Below, piece by piece: positions 1 through 12,486 of a stretch of DNA of 64,000 nt. The DNA is from Malacoraja senta. Lineage: Eukaryota. The notes beneath the pieces were generated by a model. The model searched no databases, was not told where the DNA came from, and saw only the letters and a program-made list of their open reading frames with translations. The translations under genes and the position numbers were made by a program. The number at the start of each line of letters is the position of its first letter. Position 1 is the first letter of the stretch. The DNA lies in NCBI GenBank assembly GCA_038087875.1, contig JAXLNO010000079.1:124001-188000 (forward strand), given 5' to 3'.

Positions 1-1471
1 AATGATACATGGTTTTCAAATTTTTTTACAAATAAAAAACTGAAAAGTGTCGCGTGCAAAAGTATTCAGCCCCCCCCCCCCCCCCGAGTCAATACTTTGT
101 AGAACCACCTTTCGCTGCAATTACAGCTGCAAGTCTTTTGGGGTATGTCTCTACCAGCTTTGCACATCTAGAGACTGAAATTTTTGCCCATTCTTCTTTG
201 CAAAATAGCTCAAGCTCAGTCAGATTGGATGGAGAGCATCTGTGAACAGCAATTTTCAAGTCTTGCCAGAGATTCTCAATTGGATTTAGGTCTGGACTTT
301 GACTGGGCCATTCTAACACATGAATATGCTTTGATCTAAACCATTCCATTGTAGCTCTGGCTGTATGTTTAGGGTCGTTGTCCTGCTGGAAGGTGAACCT
401 CCGCCCCAGTCTCAAGTCTTTTGCCGACTCTAACAGGTTTTCTTCCAAGATTGCCCTGTATTTGGCTCCATCCATCTTCCCATCAACTCTGACCAGCTTC
501 CCTGTCCCTGCTGAAGAAAAGCATCCCCACAGCATGATGCTGCCACCACCATGTTTCACAGTGGGGATGGTGTGTTCAGGGTGATGTGCAGTGTTAGGTT
601 TCTGCCACACATAGCGTTTTGCATTTAGGGCAAAACCTTCAATTTTGGTCTCATCTGAGCACCTTCCTCCACATGTTTGCTGTGTCCCCCACATGGCTTG
701 TGGCAAACTGCAAACGGGACTTCTTATGGCTTTTTTTCATCAATGGCTTTCTTCTTGCCACTCTTCCGTAAAGGCCCGATTTGTGGAGTGCACGACTAAT
801 AGTTGTCCTGTGGACAGATTCTCCCACTGATCTCTGCAGCTCCTCCAGTTACCATGGGCCTCTTGACTGCTTCTCTGATCAATGGTCTCCTTGCCCGGCC
901 TGTCAGTTTAGGTGGACGGCCATGTCTTGGTAGGTTTGCAGTTGTGCCATACTCTTTCCATTTTCGGATGATGGATTGAACAGTGCTCCGTGAGATGTTC
1001 AAAGCTTGGGATATTTTTTTATAACCTTACCCTGCTTTAAACTTCTCCACAACTTTATCCCTGACCTGTCTGGTGTGTTCCTTGGGCTTCATGATGCTGC
1101 TTGTTCACTAATGTTCTTTAACAAACCTCTGAGGCCTTCATAGAACAGCTGTATTTATACTGAGATTAGATTACACACAAGTAGACTCTATTTACTAATT
1201 AGGTGACTTCTGAAGGCAATTGGTTGCACTGGATTTTATTTAGGGGTATCAGAGTAAAGGGGGCTGAATACTTTTGCACGCGACACTTTTCAGTTTTTTA
1301 TTTGTAAAAAAATTTGAAAACCATGTATCATTTTCCTTCCACTTCACAATTACGCACCACTTTGTGTTGGTCTATCACATAAAATCCCAATAAAATACAT
1401 TTACGTTTGTGGTTGTAACGTGACAAAATGTGGAAAAGTTCAAGGGGTATGAATACTTTTGCAAGCCACTG
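1..1471 (-). mobile_element. Tc1-family DNA transposon, defective, truncated by the window edge
   Basis: DD34E transposase remnants ([36 protein letters not shown]). TIR of about 210 bp (1259-1471) whose inner end is mirrored at 1-73; CAGTG terminus next to TA. Confidence 0.95.
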
Positions 1472-2540
1472 TAAATGCTGGAAATGTCAACGCACACGCA
1501 TGAAAAGAAATTTGCTCTGCAATTAAAAATGAGCTTAGCTTGCAGTAGAGCTGGATCTCTCAGCACAGGAAATCTCTTCCTTCCTTCTCAGCTGGATTTT
1601 CATTCCAGAGTGCTTTATTCATGGCATAAACTGCCCAAATGACATCAACCAGAACACACAAAATTCATCTGCAATGAAATCAGCTGCTTCAGTGGTCTAC
1701 AAATAATTTCCCAGACTCCTGACATGTGGACATGCCAGAGCCTAAGAAAGTTAAGATAGTAATGTGCTTTCTTGAACACTGCAGCAGTGTGATGGGACCA
1801 CAACAGTTCAAGACTTCAACAGTTACTTCAATGATTAAAATTTACAAATGCTTCATACATTGTGAGATGCTTTCAGATGCCTATAGGTTATGGAAGACAC
1901 TATATAAATACAATAAAGATAAATAAATGTAATGCAGCTGCTAGTCACTTTAATTCACAATTCCTCTCCCATTATAACCTTTACATCTTTGGCGTCTAAT
2001 GCACCAACACGTTGCAGTGATGCATCAATGAGAGACTTCATTTGCAGCTTGGCTCTCAGTAGTTTTCAAGACACAGTATACTGGAGTACTACTGAATGTG
2101 CAGTGTACTTTGTTTGTGATTGAAAGTATTTTGCCTGGACTGAAGTTGAATCCAGGGAAAGGGAAAGGATGGATCACAGCAGAGAGAGTCATTAGTTATG
2201 GATACCAGGAGTTCCAATCGGCAAGTAACTTGGAGGCGAAGAAGGTGGGTGGAACCAGGGTGCCAAAGACCTAGAAGTGACCCGGGAAAGAGGTCTTTGA
2301 GAAAGAATGTGGCGTGGAAGTGGAGATTACCAGAATGGCTGTGACTAGGGGAGACCTGGAAGTGATCAACTAAATGACTGAAGATCAGGATGTGATATCA
2401 GATCTGTGGCTAAGGGAGGGGGTGGGGAGAGTAATGGTCAAGGGATAGAAGGAGTTACTGAGGTATAGGAAATGGGCCTTGAGATGCGTGGGAACATCAC
2501 AGAGGCCGGGGAGGCGAGGATGTTGATAGTCAGAACCCAG

Positions 2541-2670
2541 AGTCTGAAGAAGGGTCTCGACCCGAAACGTCATCCATTCCTTCTCTCCAGAGATGCTGCC
2601 TGTCCCGTTGAGATACTCCAGCATTTTGTGTTTACCTTTGATTTAAACCAGCATCTGCAGTTCTTCCTAC
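2541..2670 (+). mobile_element. Penelope-type terminal repeat fragment with hammerhead-like core
   Basis: ctgaagaagggtctcgacccgaaacgtc followed by the same tail seen after the Penelope ORF end at 43423-43690. Confidence 0.65.
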
Positions 2671-2884
2671 CCAGAGGACCAGACCAGTGGAGGAAATCAT
2701 AGGCATGGGACCTTCAGAGAGTACAGCCATAGAAATATAGTGGATGGGTGCTGAAGGATTTCCAAGGTACAGGCCATACTTTGCTTATGCTTCAATCTAC
2801 CAATGCATCATTAAAAACCAGTCAACCTAGGACGTGGCCAACAATTGTCAATCCAAAGAAAATGAATTATCTTCCTAATGGTGC

Positions 2885-3688
2885 AAACTTTTAAACTCGT
2901 TGTAAGAACGTAGTAGCCCGTGAGTTTACCGTAGTGACTCGTGAGTCTGCCGTGGGCATTCTTTAACTCAGCGGGACAGGCAGCATCTCTGGAGAGAAGG
3001 AATGGGTGATGGGATGACGTTCCCAAAATTCTGCTGCGTCTTTGTGTTACTCCAGCACTGTGTGTTCACTTTTTGTCAACCAGCATCTGCCCTTTCTTGT
3101 GTATGACATTATTTGTATCCGTGGCAGTTGATTGTCGCTCCTTTCAGTTTCCCAGGGAACTGGAGTTGGGAGGGAAAGGTGGGGAGGGGGGGGGGAGGGG
3201 AGGGGAGTGGGGTGAGGGGGGGGGGTTGGGGTGACTTAGTACGGGAGACAAGTGTAGGAGAGGTGTACTGACTGTGTGGGCAGACACTTTGGTAGTGATT
3301 GCCCATGGGGTTCACTGTCGAGGACGTCATAATGCAGAGAGCATTATAAACAGTGGAGCGATTAACCCTGGAAAGGGGGGAGACTTCTCTCTGAGTTGGA
3401 CCCCCACACCCCCCCCCCCCTCCCGACCCCCTGGGAAACTGGAGGGAGCGACAATCAACTGCCACGGATACAAATAATGTCATACACAAGAAAGGGCAGA
3501 TGCTGGTTGACAAAAAGTGAACACACAGTGCTGGAGTAACACAAAGACGCAGCAGAATTTTGGAAACCCACTCCTTCTCTCCAGAGATGCTGCCTGTCCC
3601 GCTGAGTTGAAGAGTGCCCACGGTAGACTCACGAGTCACTACGGTAAACTCAAGGGCTACTACGTTCTTACAACGAGTTTAAAAGTTT
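2885..3688. repeat. Inverted duplication, arms 2885-3157 and 3429-3688
   Basis: The arms are reverse complements with few differences; spacer about 270 bp. Confidence 0.9.
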
Positions 3689-4271
3689 AAATTTTTTACT
3701 TCAAGAGTAAATTTGACTCGTGGAAATCTTTCATCATGTTGAAAGATTTTCACGAGTTAACAAGTTTCCCCGAGTACCTGCCGATAGCGTTACGAGTCGC
3801 TAAGTTACGTCCACGAGTTCCGACGTTCCCGCTACGTTAATTCTACGTGATTACCACGAGTTTGATTTGTTTAAAACTCGGGATCGCTCGTGGGTGGACT
3901 CGCACCGTGAGACAGGGGTTTAAGAAAAACAACCTTTGAAGAGTGGATTTAAAGATAAATAAATAACATTCTTATGCCTTAAGCAAACTCTTAAAGAATC
4001 AATAACTGGAAATAAGCAATCTTGGAAGAGAAGAATAACCTTGTAACCTTTGTAATGTGGTAGATACATATAATCCAAATTGTAAATCCCTGGGGTTGAT
4101 ATATTTTAGTTTCAAAGGATTTCAATTTTGAGCAATCGATGAACACAGAAAGATTGCCTCAATGAGCATTAAAACCCCATCTTAGTGATAGGAAACAAAA
4201 ATGAATCCCCAATAATGCAATGGTACCAGAAAACAGTCTGATCTGAAGCTTTTTCTCCAACATTTACTTAC

Positions 4272-4309
4272 GTTGAAGGAACTATGGAAGCCCGCAGCAT
4301 TGATGAAGC
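4272..4309 (-). CDS. armc9: ARMC9 coding exon 9 (38 nt); gene continues beyond the window start
   Basis: ASSMLRASIVPS plus 2 nt (human ASTMLRASLAPV); aaatag acceptor, gtaagt donor. Confidence 0.9.
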
Positions 4310-4893
4310 CTATTTAGAGAAAAATTTAACGAATATTGTTAAAAATGATTGGTTTCATTATAATTGAATCAAATCAATGCATGCAGTATCTGTAGATGAA
4401 CGTAGAAGCTATATCCACTACAAGATCGATGACAGTAACATCTGCATTCTGTTAATGGAGCTAAAAGTTTCTAACAGCGATTACTTAATGACAAGCAAGT
4501 GAAGCCATAACCAACCAAAGCTTCATGCTAGGATCGCCTATATATTATTTGTAAATATCCCAGGAAAATAAGTACATCAACATAAAACTATGTAATAAAA
4601 TATGGGAGATTTACATGCCAAACAGCTGCATCAAAGGTTAACAGAGAACATTCTTGAATGTTAGAATTTGTGAGGAAGATACATTGGCATAGAAAAACTG
4701 CCACAATTTAACTTAACTGAATTAACCAATGTTTCCTCTTATGTACGCTGACAGAGTAAAACTTAGGGCATGGCAGGATTTTGTATTAAGGGGCACCTGT
4801 CTTATAATTTCAACTGTATTCTTCAACTATAGTCTACAATTTGAAAATATAAATATTGGATTTAGTTTTCAGTTTTAGATACAGCATGGTTAT

Positions 4894-5452
4894 ATAGAAA
4901 CATAGAAAATAGGTTCAGGAGAAGGCCATTCGGCCCTTCGAACCAGCGCCATTCAATATGATCATGGCTGATCATCCAAAATCAGTACTCCGTTCCTGCT
5001 TTTTCCCCATATCCCTTGATTCCTTTAGCCCCAAGAGCTAAATCTAATTCTCTTGAAAACATCCAGTGAATTGGACTCCACTGCCTTCTGTAGCAGAGAA
5101 TTCCACAGACTCATAACTCTCTGGGTGAAAAAGTTCTTCCTCATCTCAGTCCTAAATGGCCTACCCCTTACTCTTAAACTGTGACCTTTGGTTCTGGACC
5201 CACAACATCGGGAACATTTTTCTTGCATCTACCCTGTCCAATCCTCTAAGAACGTTATATGTTTCTATAAGATCTCCTCTCATCCTGCTAAATTCCAGCG
5301 AATACAAGTCCAGTCGACCCATTCTTTCATCATACGCCAGTCCTTGCATCCCAGGAATTAACCTGGTGAACCTATGCTGCACTCCCTCAATAGCAATAAT
5401 GTGCTGGCTCGAAGGGCCGAATGGCCTACACCTGCACCTAGTTTCTATGTTT
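4894..5452 (-). mobile_element. CR1/HER1 LINE 3' fragment plus a short plus-strand CR1 tail
   Basis: RFTRLIPGM...LYSLEFSRMRGDLIE and FFTQRV motifs; ctatgtttcta tail. Confidence 0.9.
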
Positions 5453-6554
5453 CGATCGCCTCAGCGCAGAGGGAGAACAAGGAGGGAAGAGACGGAGACT
5501 AAGACTTTGCCTCCATCACAGTGAGGATGTGCTTGGTGAACTCACTGTGGTGGATGTTTAATTTGTGTTTATTGTATGTTTTGTTATTATTGGTTCTGTG
5601 TATGACTGCAGGCATCACAATTTCGTTCAGACCGAAAGGTCTGAATGACAATAAAGGAAACTTGATTACTTGATTACTTGATTACCAGCTGCACCTCTCT
5701 GCCACCCTGTAAGAATTGCAAGAATTTATTTCTAGTGTTTCGCAATTGTAGAGATAGCTGCAGAACTCCTCAGTGGCATCTGCTTTAATGATCACTGCCC
5801 ACAAAATGTCAGGACATTGACTCATGACTGGAGATTCTGCATCATGCAGAACTCAAGCTATTTATCCTATAAAATCCTACACATTGTTCCTTATATGATA
5901 ATTCCTAACCAAAAGCAGCAGTCCATCAACCACTCAGCTGATTAAAGAGCTAATGAGCCTGCAGTATGACTTAATTTCAACTGATATTTACAAGTTTAAT
6001 AAAAAAGGAACAAGCTGATGAATATAATTCTTTTTTTACAGTACTGCAACAGCATTAAGAAAAGGAATGACCATTTATTACCTAGCTATTTTCATTGTGT
6101 GTAAACGTCTAGCATAATTGCATAACAATTTAATGCAATCCATAGTGGGAACATTAGCTACTTTCAATTACATTGTTCAGATGGTCATGTTATCATTCAA
6201 ATGGACATGATCACTTTTACAAGATCTTACTTTATTTTAGTTAATTTCCTCAATACGCCTGGAGGATAGTTACCTAATTATTTCTAATTTAAATTTATAA
6301 TATGCTGTGTACATGACTTGGAAAATTCATAATTGACAGGCAGCAGAAAGGTAGAAGAGGAACAGACATTCAGAAGTTTAGAAAGAAATTTAGAAACTCA
6401 CATATCCTTCACATGTTATAAGGGCTCTTAATGTAAACATCCTTTTTTTTTGGAACGATAATTAGACAACAAAACAGAGAAACATTCACATAGGTTAAAA
6501 AAATTGCAAAGAAAATTTCCAGATCCTATAAAAAATGTATATATTTAAAGCAAA

Positions 6555-6870
6555 TAAAATATGTATAACCATATAACCATTACAGCACGGAAACAGGCCA
6601 TCTCGGCCCTTCAAGTCCGTGCCGAACACTTTTTTTTCCTTCTTCCCCCCCCCCCCTTCTTTCTTCCCCCTAGTCCCATCTACCTGCACTCAGACCATAA
6701 CCCTCCATTCCTTTCCCGTCCATATACCCATCCAATCTATTTTTAAAGGATAAAATCGAACCTGCCTCCACCACTTCCACTGGAAGCTCATTCCACACAG
6801 CTACCACTCTCTGAGTAAAGAAGTTCCCCCTAATGTTCCCCCTAAACTTCTGTCCCTTAATTCTCAAGTC
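6555..6870 (-). mobile_element. CR1 LINE 3' fragment (different subfamily)
   Basis: GNFFTQRVVAVWNELP motif. Confidence 0.85.
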
Positions 6871-6974
6871 ATGTCATGTAGATTGAACTCTTTTGCCTCC
6901 ACTAACAACAGAAATATATGAATCAAGTGAAATCTTAAATGAAAATGTTGGAGGCAAAAGGGATCTAAATGCAC

Positions 6975-7021
<47 letters not shown>

Positions 7022-7500
7022 TATTGTCATTGTGAATTTCAGGCGCACTGCCCGAGCGGAGCTCCAACGTATCAGATAAATAATAACGACAATGGAAACA
7101 ACAGAAACGGCAAGAAAAACGTCAAGTCAAGTCAGAATGCAATATTTCACAGTATAGTGTTGTAACAGTACAAATATTGACTACGGGGTGTGTGTGTTCA
7201 GTGCAGAGTTCAGAATGGTGATGGCCTTGGTGTAGAAACTGTGTTAATCTTGTGGTGTGTGATTTGATGGACCTGTAACGCTTTCCTGAGGGCAGAAGCG
7301 CAAACAAGTGATGTGCGGGATGAGATGAGTCCTTTAGTGTGCATGATGCTTTCCACAGGCAAAGAGAGCTATAGATCTCTTCCAGGGCAGGCAGGTGAGT
7401 GTTGGTGATCTTCTGGGCTGTATTGATGACTCTCTGCAGAGCCTTCTTGTCAGCCGCAGAACTGTTGCCATACCATACCAGGATGCCATGTGTCAGGACA
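6975..7500 (-). mobile_element. Rex1/Babar-like LINE 3' fragment with (TAA)n tail
   Basis: FALLPSGKRYRSIKSHTTRL C-terminal motif; gacaataaa followed by a microsatellite tail. Confidence 0.75.
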
Positions 7501-7619
7501 CTATATTGTTGAAAGTAAAATTATTCAACTATAAGTATTCAACTATATTGTTGAAAGTCAAATTCATTCAAAAAATGTCCTCAAATTAAACGTCAAATAG
7601 CACAAATGTAAATGGTATT

Positions 7620-9385
7620 GGTGTGGTGTGGTGGCGCCTAACGGCAGCGGCTCGACTACAGTCGTCCGTCTTTAAAAAAAATTTTTGTCTTGTTAAATGT
7701 ATGTCTTGAGCTTAGTTTTTATTATTTTTTAGCTGTGTATATGTGGAGGGTGGAGGGGGGGATGTGGGGGAAACCGTTAGTCTCTTCCCTGTACGGGGAC
7801 CCGACTTTTTCCCTGTCGGGTCTCCGATGTCGTTGGGCCTAACATCGTGGAGCCGGCAGCGGCCTCCAGCCGGGAACTATCCTGAAGTCTCCAGTCGCGG
7901 AGCCTGCGGACCTGACATCGCGGAGCTGGCCAGCTTCGGAGCGGGGAGAGCTGTGGTGGCGCCCGGCTGCGACCCGACTTTGGAGTTTCGGAAGCTCCGG
8001 CTGCAGGCCCGGTGGACAGGAACATCGGGAGCTCCAGGTCCCTGATGGGAGACCGCTTTTCGGAGCTCCCGCAACGGCAACTTCTCACGCTGGAATCGAG
8101 GGGTTTAAAGGACACGGAGCAGGGCCTAACATCGCCCGGCGCGGGTTAGCGGCCACGGGACTTACCATCGCCCGCCGGGGGCTCTAACATCGGAGCCCCA
8201 GTTCGCCTAGACGCTGCAGTTGGACTGCTGGACTGCGGGTGAAGAATAAAGGGAAGAGATAAGACTTTGCCTTCCATCACAGTAAGGAGGTGTTGGAGAC
8301 TCACTGTGATGGATGTTTATGTAAACTGTGTTAAGTGTGGGTCTTGGGTTTTTTTGTAATGTAAAAAAAACTGTAGTAATGAAATTTCGTTCAAGCCTAG
8401 GTTTGAATGACAATAAATAGCATTCAATTCAATTATTTTTTTTAGCTGTGTATATGTGGGGGTGGGGGGGGAAATCGTTTAAAATCTCTTCCTGTTCAGG
8501 GACCCGACTGTCGTTGGGCCTAACATCGTGGAGCTGGCGGCGGCCTCCGGCCGAAAATAACCAGTGGACTCCAGTCGTGCAAGGAGCTGTGGTGGCGCGC
8601 GGCTGCGACCCGACTTCGGAGCTTCGGAGGCTCCGGCTGAAGGCCCGGTAGACAGGAACATTGGGAGCTTGCAGGTCCCTGTTGGGAGACCGTTTTTCGG
8701 AGCTCCCGCAACGGCAACTTCTCCCGCTGGAATCGCGGGGTTTAAAGGACACGGAGTGGGGCCTAACATCGCCCGGCACGGCCTAACGGCTGCGGGACTT
8801 ACCATCGCCCGCCGGGGGCTTTAACATCGAGAGCTCCAGTTCGCCTCGACGTTACAGTTGGACTGCTCGACCGCGGGAGAAGAACAAGGGAAGAGATAAG
8901 ATTTTTGCCTTCCATCACAGTGAGGAGATGTTGGAGATCCACTGTGATGGATGTTTATGGGGTCACAGTTTAAGGATAAGGGGGAAATCTTTTAGGACCG
9001 AGATGAGAAAAACATTTTTCACACAGAGAGTGGTGAATCTCTGGAATTCTCTGCCACAGAAGGTAGTTGAGGCCAGTTCATGGGCTATATTTAAGAGGGA
9101 GTTAGATGTGGCCCTTGTGGCTAAAGGGATCAGAGGGTATGGAGAGAAGGCTGGTACAGGATACTGAGTTGGATGATCAGCCATGATCATATTGAATGGC
9201 GGTGCAGACTCGAAGGGCCGAATGGCCTACTCCTGCACCTATTTTCTATGTTTCTATGTAAACTGTGTTAATTGTGGGTCTTGTTTTTTTTTGTAATTGT
9301 TAAGACTGTAGAAAATGCAATTTTGTTCAAACCAAGCTGTTTGAATGACAATAAAAGGCATTCTATTCTATTCTATTCTATTCAT
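7620..9385 (+). mobile_element. Two adjacent GC-rich non-autonomous retroelements; the second is interrupted by a CR1 3' end (about 8958-9258)
   Basis: Both copies share the ccatcacagtgag...cactgtgatgg hairpin and a tgaatgacaataaa plus microsatellite tail; no coding capacity. Confidence 0.7.
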
Positions 9386-10115
9386 ATCTGCTGACATAAT
9401 AGAAGATTTGATACTAAGTTTTCAATAATAAACAAAATAGTTCAATAGTTCTATAATGCAAACATCTCAAAGATAGAAAACACAATTTTTAAAACCGCAA
9501 ATAGAGATAAAACAATTCAAAACCAGGCAACATTTGACGACAAATGATTGCTTTATTGAACAATAAAATGAATACAGCAACCTTAAGTAGCAAGGTACTT
9601 TGTTGAAGCATTATCAATTAAAATCTGACACCATGCTATACTAGGTTTTGAAAATAATGGTCAAACATTTGTACAAAGCATGAATTTAATTAACATCTTT
9701 AATAGAAAAATGCAGAGAGGAAGAGAGGTTTTGAGAAGAAATTCTAGACCTTATGGCTTTGGATGTTGAAGGCATGGTGTGAATGATGCAGTAATTACAT
9801 TCAGAGATTATAGCGGCAAGCAAGTAGTGAATGTGAAAGCAAGGGCTGGAATTTAAATGACAGTGCTTAACTAAGAATATTTAGTCCAATTCAAAATTAT
9901 GTTATGTTGTACATTATATAAGGATTTCACCATGAGACAAAATAAAACATTGTTTTATTAATCCCCGATAAAAAAAATGTTCACCAAACGAACCCAGTAC
10001 ACAAACAGTTGAAGCCACACCCCCTATTATTGAAACCTTGAAGCTTGAAGCGTAGATTTTACTCTTTATTATTGTATGATACATGGGGAGTCTATGAGTA
10101 GTTCTCATGCTAGCT

Positions 10116-11670
10116 GTTAGTCGGGAAGTGGTGTTGGGTAAATTGAATGGATTAAAGGCCGATAAATCACCAGGGCCAGATAGGCTGCATCCCAGAGTAC
10201 TTAAGGAAGTAGCTCCTGAAATAGTGGATGCATTGGTGATAATTTTTCAAAACTCGTTAGATTCTGGAGTAGTTCCTTAGGATTGGAGGGTAGCAAACGT
10301 AACCCCACTTTTTAAGAAGGGAGGGAGAGAGAAAACGGGGAATTACAGACCAGTTAGTTTAACTTCGGTAGTGGGGAAACTGCTAGAGTCACTTATTAAA
10401 GATGGGATAGCAGCACATTTGGAAAGTGGTGAAATCATTGGACAAAGTCAGCATGGATTTACGAAAGGTAAATCATGTCTGACGAATCTTATAGAATTTT
10501 TCGAGGATGTAACTAGTAGAGTGGATAGGGGAGAACCAGTGGATGTGTTGTATCTGGACTTTCAGAAGGCTTTCGACAAGGTACCACATAAGAGATTAGT
10601 ATACAAACTTAAAGCACACGGTATTGGGGGTTCAGTATTGATGTGGATAGAGAGCTGGCTGGCAAACAGGAAGCAAAGAGTAGGAGTAAACGGGTCCTTT
10701 TCACAATGGCAGGCAGTGACTAGTGGGGTACCGCAAGGCTCAGTGCTGGGACCCCAGCTATTTACAATTTATATTAATGAGCTGGATGAGGGAATTGAAG
10801 GCAACATCTCCAAGTTTGTGGATGACACTAAGCTGGGGGGCAGTGTTAGCTGTGAGGAGGATGCTAGGAGACTGCAAGGTGACTTGGATAGGCTGGGTGA
10901 GTGGGCAAATGTTTGGCAGATGCAGTATAATGTGGATAAATGTGAGGTTATCCACTTTGGTGGCAAAAACAGGAAAGCAGACTATTATCTAAATGGTGGC
11001 CGATTAGGAAATGGGGAGATGCAGCGAGACCTGGGTGTCATGGTACACCAGTCATTGAAAGTAGGCATGCAGGTGCAGCAGGCAGTGAAGAAAGCGAATG
11101 GTATGTTAGCTTTCATAGCAAAAGGATTTGAGTACAGGAGCAGGGAGGTTCTACTGCAGTTGTACAGGGTCTTGGTGAGACCACACCTGGAGTATTGCGT
11201 ACAGTTTTGGTCTCCAAACCTGAGGAAGGACATTATAGCCATAGAGGGAGTGCAGAGAAGGTTCACCAGACTGATTCCTGGGATGTCAGGACTTTCATAT
11301 GAAGAAAGACTGGATAGACTTGGCTTATACTCGCTAGAATTTAGGAGGTTAAGAGGGGATCTTATAGAAACGTACAAATTCTTATGGGGTTGGACAGGCT
11401 AGATGCAGAAGATTGTTCCCGATGTTGGGGAAGTCCAGGAGAAGGGGTCACAGCTTAAGGATAAGGGGGAAATCCTTTAAGACCGAGATGAGGAAAAACT
11501 TTTTCACACAGAGAGTGGTGAATCTCTGGAACTCTCTGCCACAGAGGGTAGTTGAGGCCAGTTCATTGGCTATATTTAAGAGGGAGTTAGATGTGGCCCT
11601 TGTGGCTAAGGGGATCAGGGGGTATGGAGAGAAGGCAGGTACGGGATACTCAGTTGGATGATCAGCCATG
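10116..11670 (+). mobile_element. CR1/HER1 LINE, 5'-truncated, RT domain largely intact
   Basis: NYRPVSLTSVVGK, YLDFQKAFDKV, GVPQGSVLGP, KFVDDTK motifs. Confidence 0.96.
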
Positions 11671-11879
11671 GGCAAGCTAGTCTCCCAAGAGGGTCAAACA
11701 AGATTATAGCCTATCACTACATCCCAGTGTATAAATAGTACAATAAAACATATAATACTTAATACATGGTCGCACTCATTAATTATCATGAAATATAATT
11801 ATCAAGCGGGTAAAGAAAAAGTTAATCATATCTTTTTAGAGGTGCCAACTTGCCCTTCATCTCCAGCAGCTCTTGGCCT

Positions 11880-12100
11880 TCACACACTCACTCACCCACA
11901 TCCAATCGCTCACTCACCCACACCCACACCCACTCGCTCACTCACCCACCCACACCCACACCCACCCGCTCACCCGCTCACTCACCCACTCGTTCACTCA
12001 CCCGCTCACTCACCCACCCACACCCACACCCACCTGCTCACTCACCCACACCCACCCGCTCACCCGCTCACTCACCCACTCGTTCACTCACCCACCCAGT
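11880..12100. repeat. Short CA-rich (CACCCACT-like) tandem array
   Basis: Degenerate cactcacc/cacccacc units. Confidence 0.85.
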
Positions 12101-12486
12101 AGTTATTATTTAAATCCTTCAATGTGCACTTTAACCACATGTAATTTTTCTATTACAAATCTCAAATTGTGGAGTACAGAGGCAAATAAATAAATGATGG
12201 GTCTTTGTCCCAAACATTATGGAGGGCACTGTACATCTATCAAGTATTTCCACAATCTCCACTGCTCTAGAGAAAAGAATCCAAGTTTATCCTACATATC
12301 CTGTAGCTGAAACCCTATAATCCAGTCAGCATTCTGGTAAACCTCCTCTGCACCATCTCCATAGCCTCCACACCTTTCATGAAATATAATTATCAAGCGA
12401 GTAAAGAAAAAGCCGTTAATCATATATTTTTAGAGGTGCCGGCACGGCACCAACTCGCCCTGACTCTCCAGCAGCTCTGGGCCTTC

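Noticed and set aside
1475..4270. Next ARMC9 exon (expected to resemble KDVPLLPSLDYEKLKKDL)
   Set aside because: I could not find matching sequence by eye; it probably lies beyond position 1.
7620..8900. CpG islands or internal promoters in introns
   Set aside because: The CpG-rich patches coincide with copies of a dispersed repeat.
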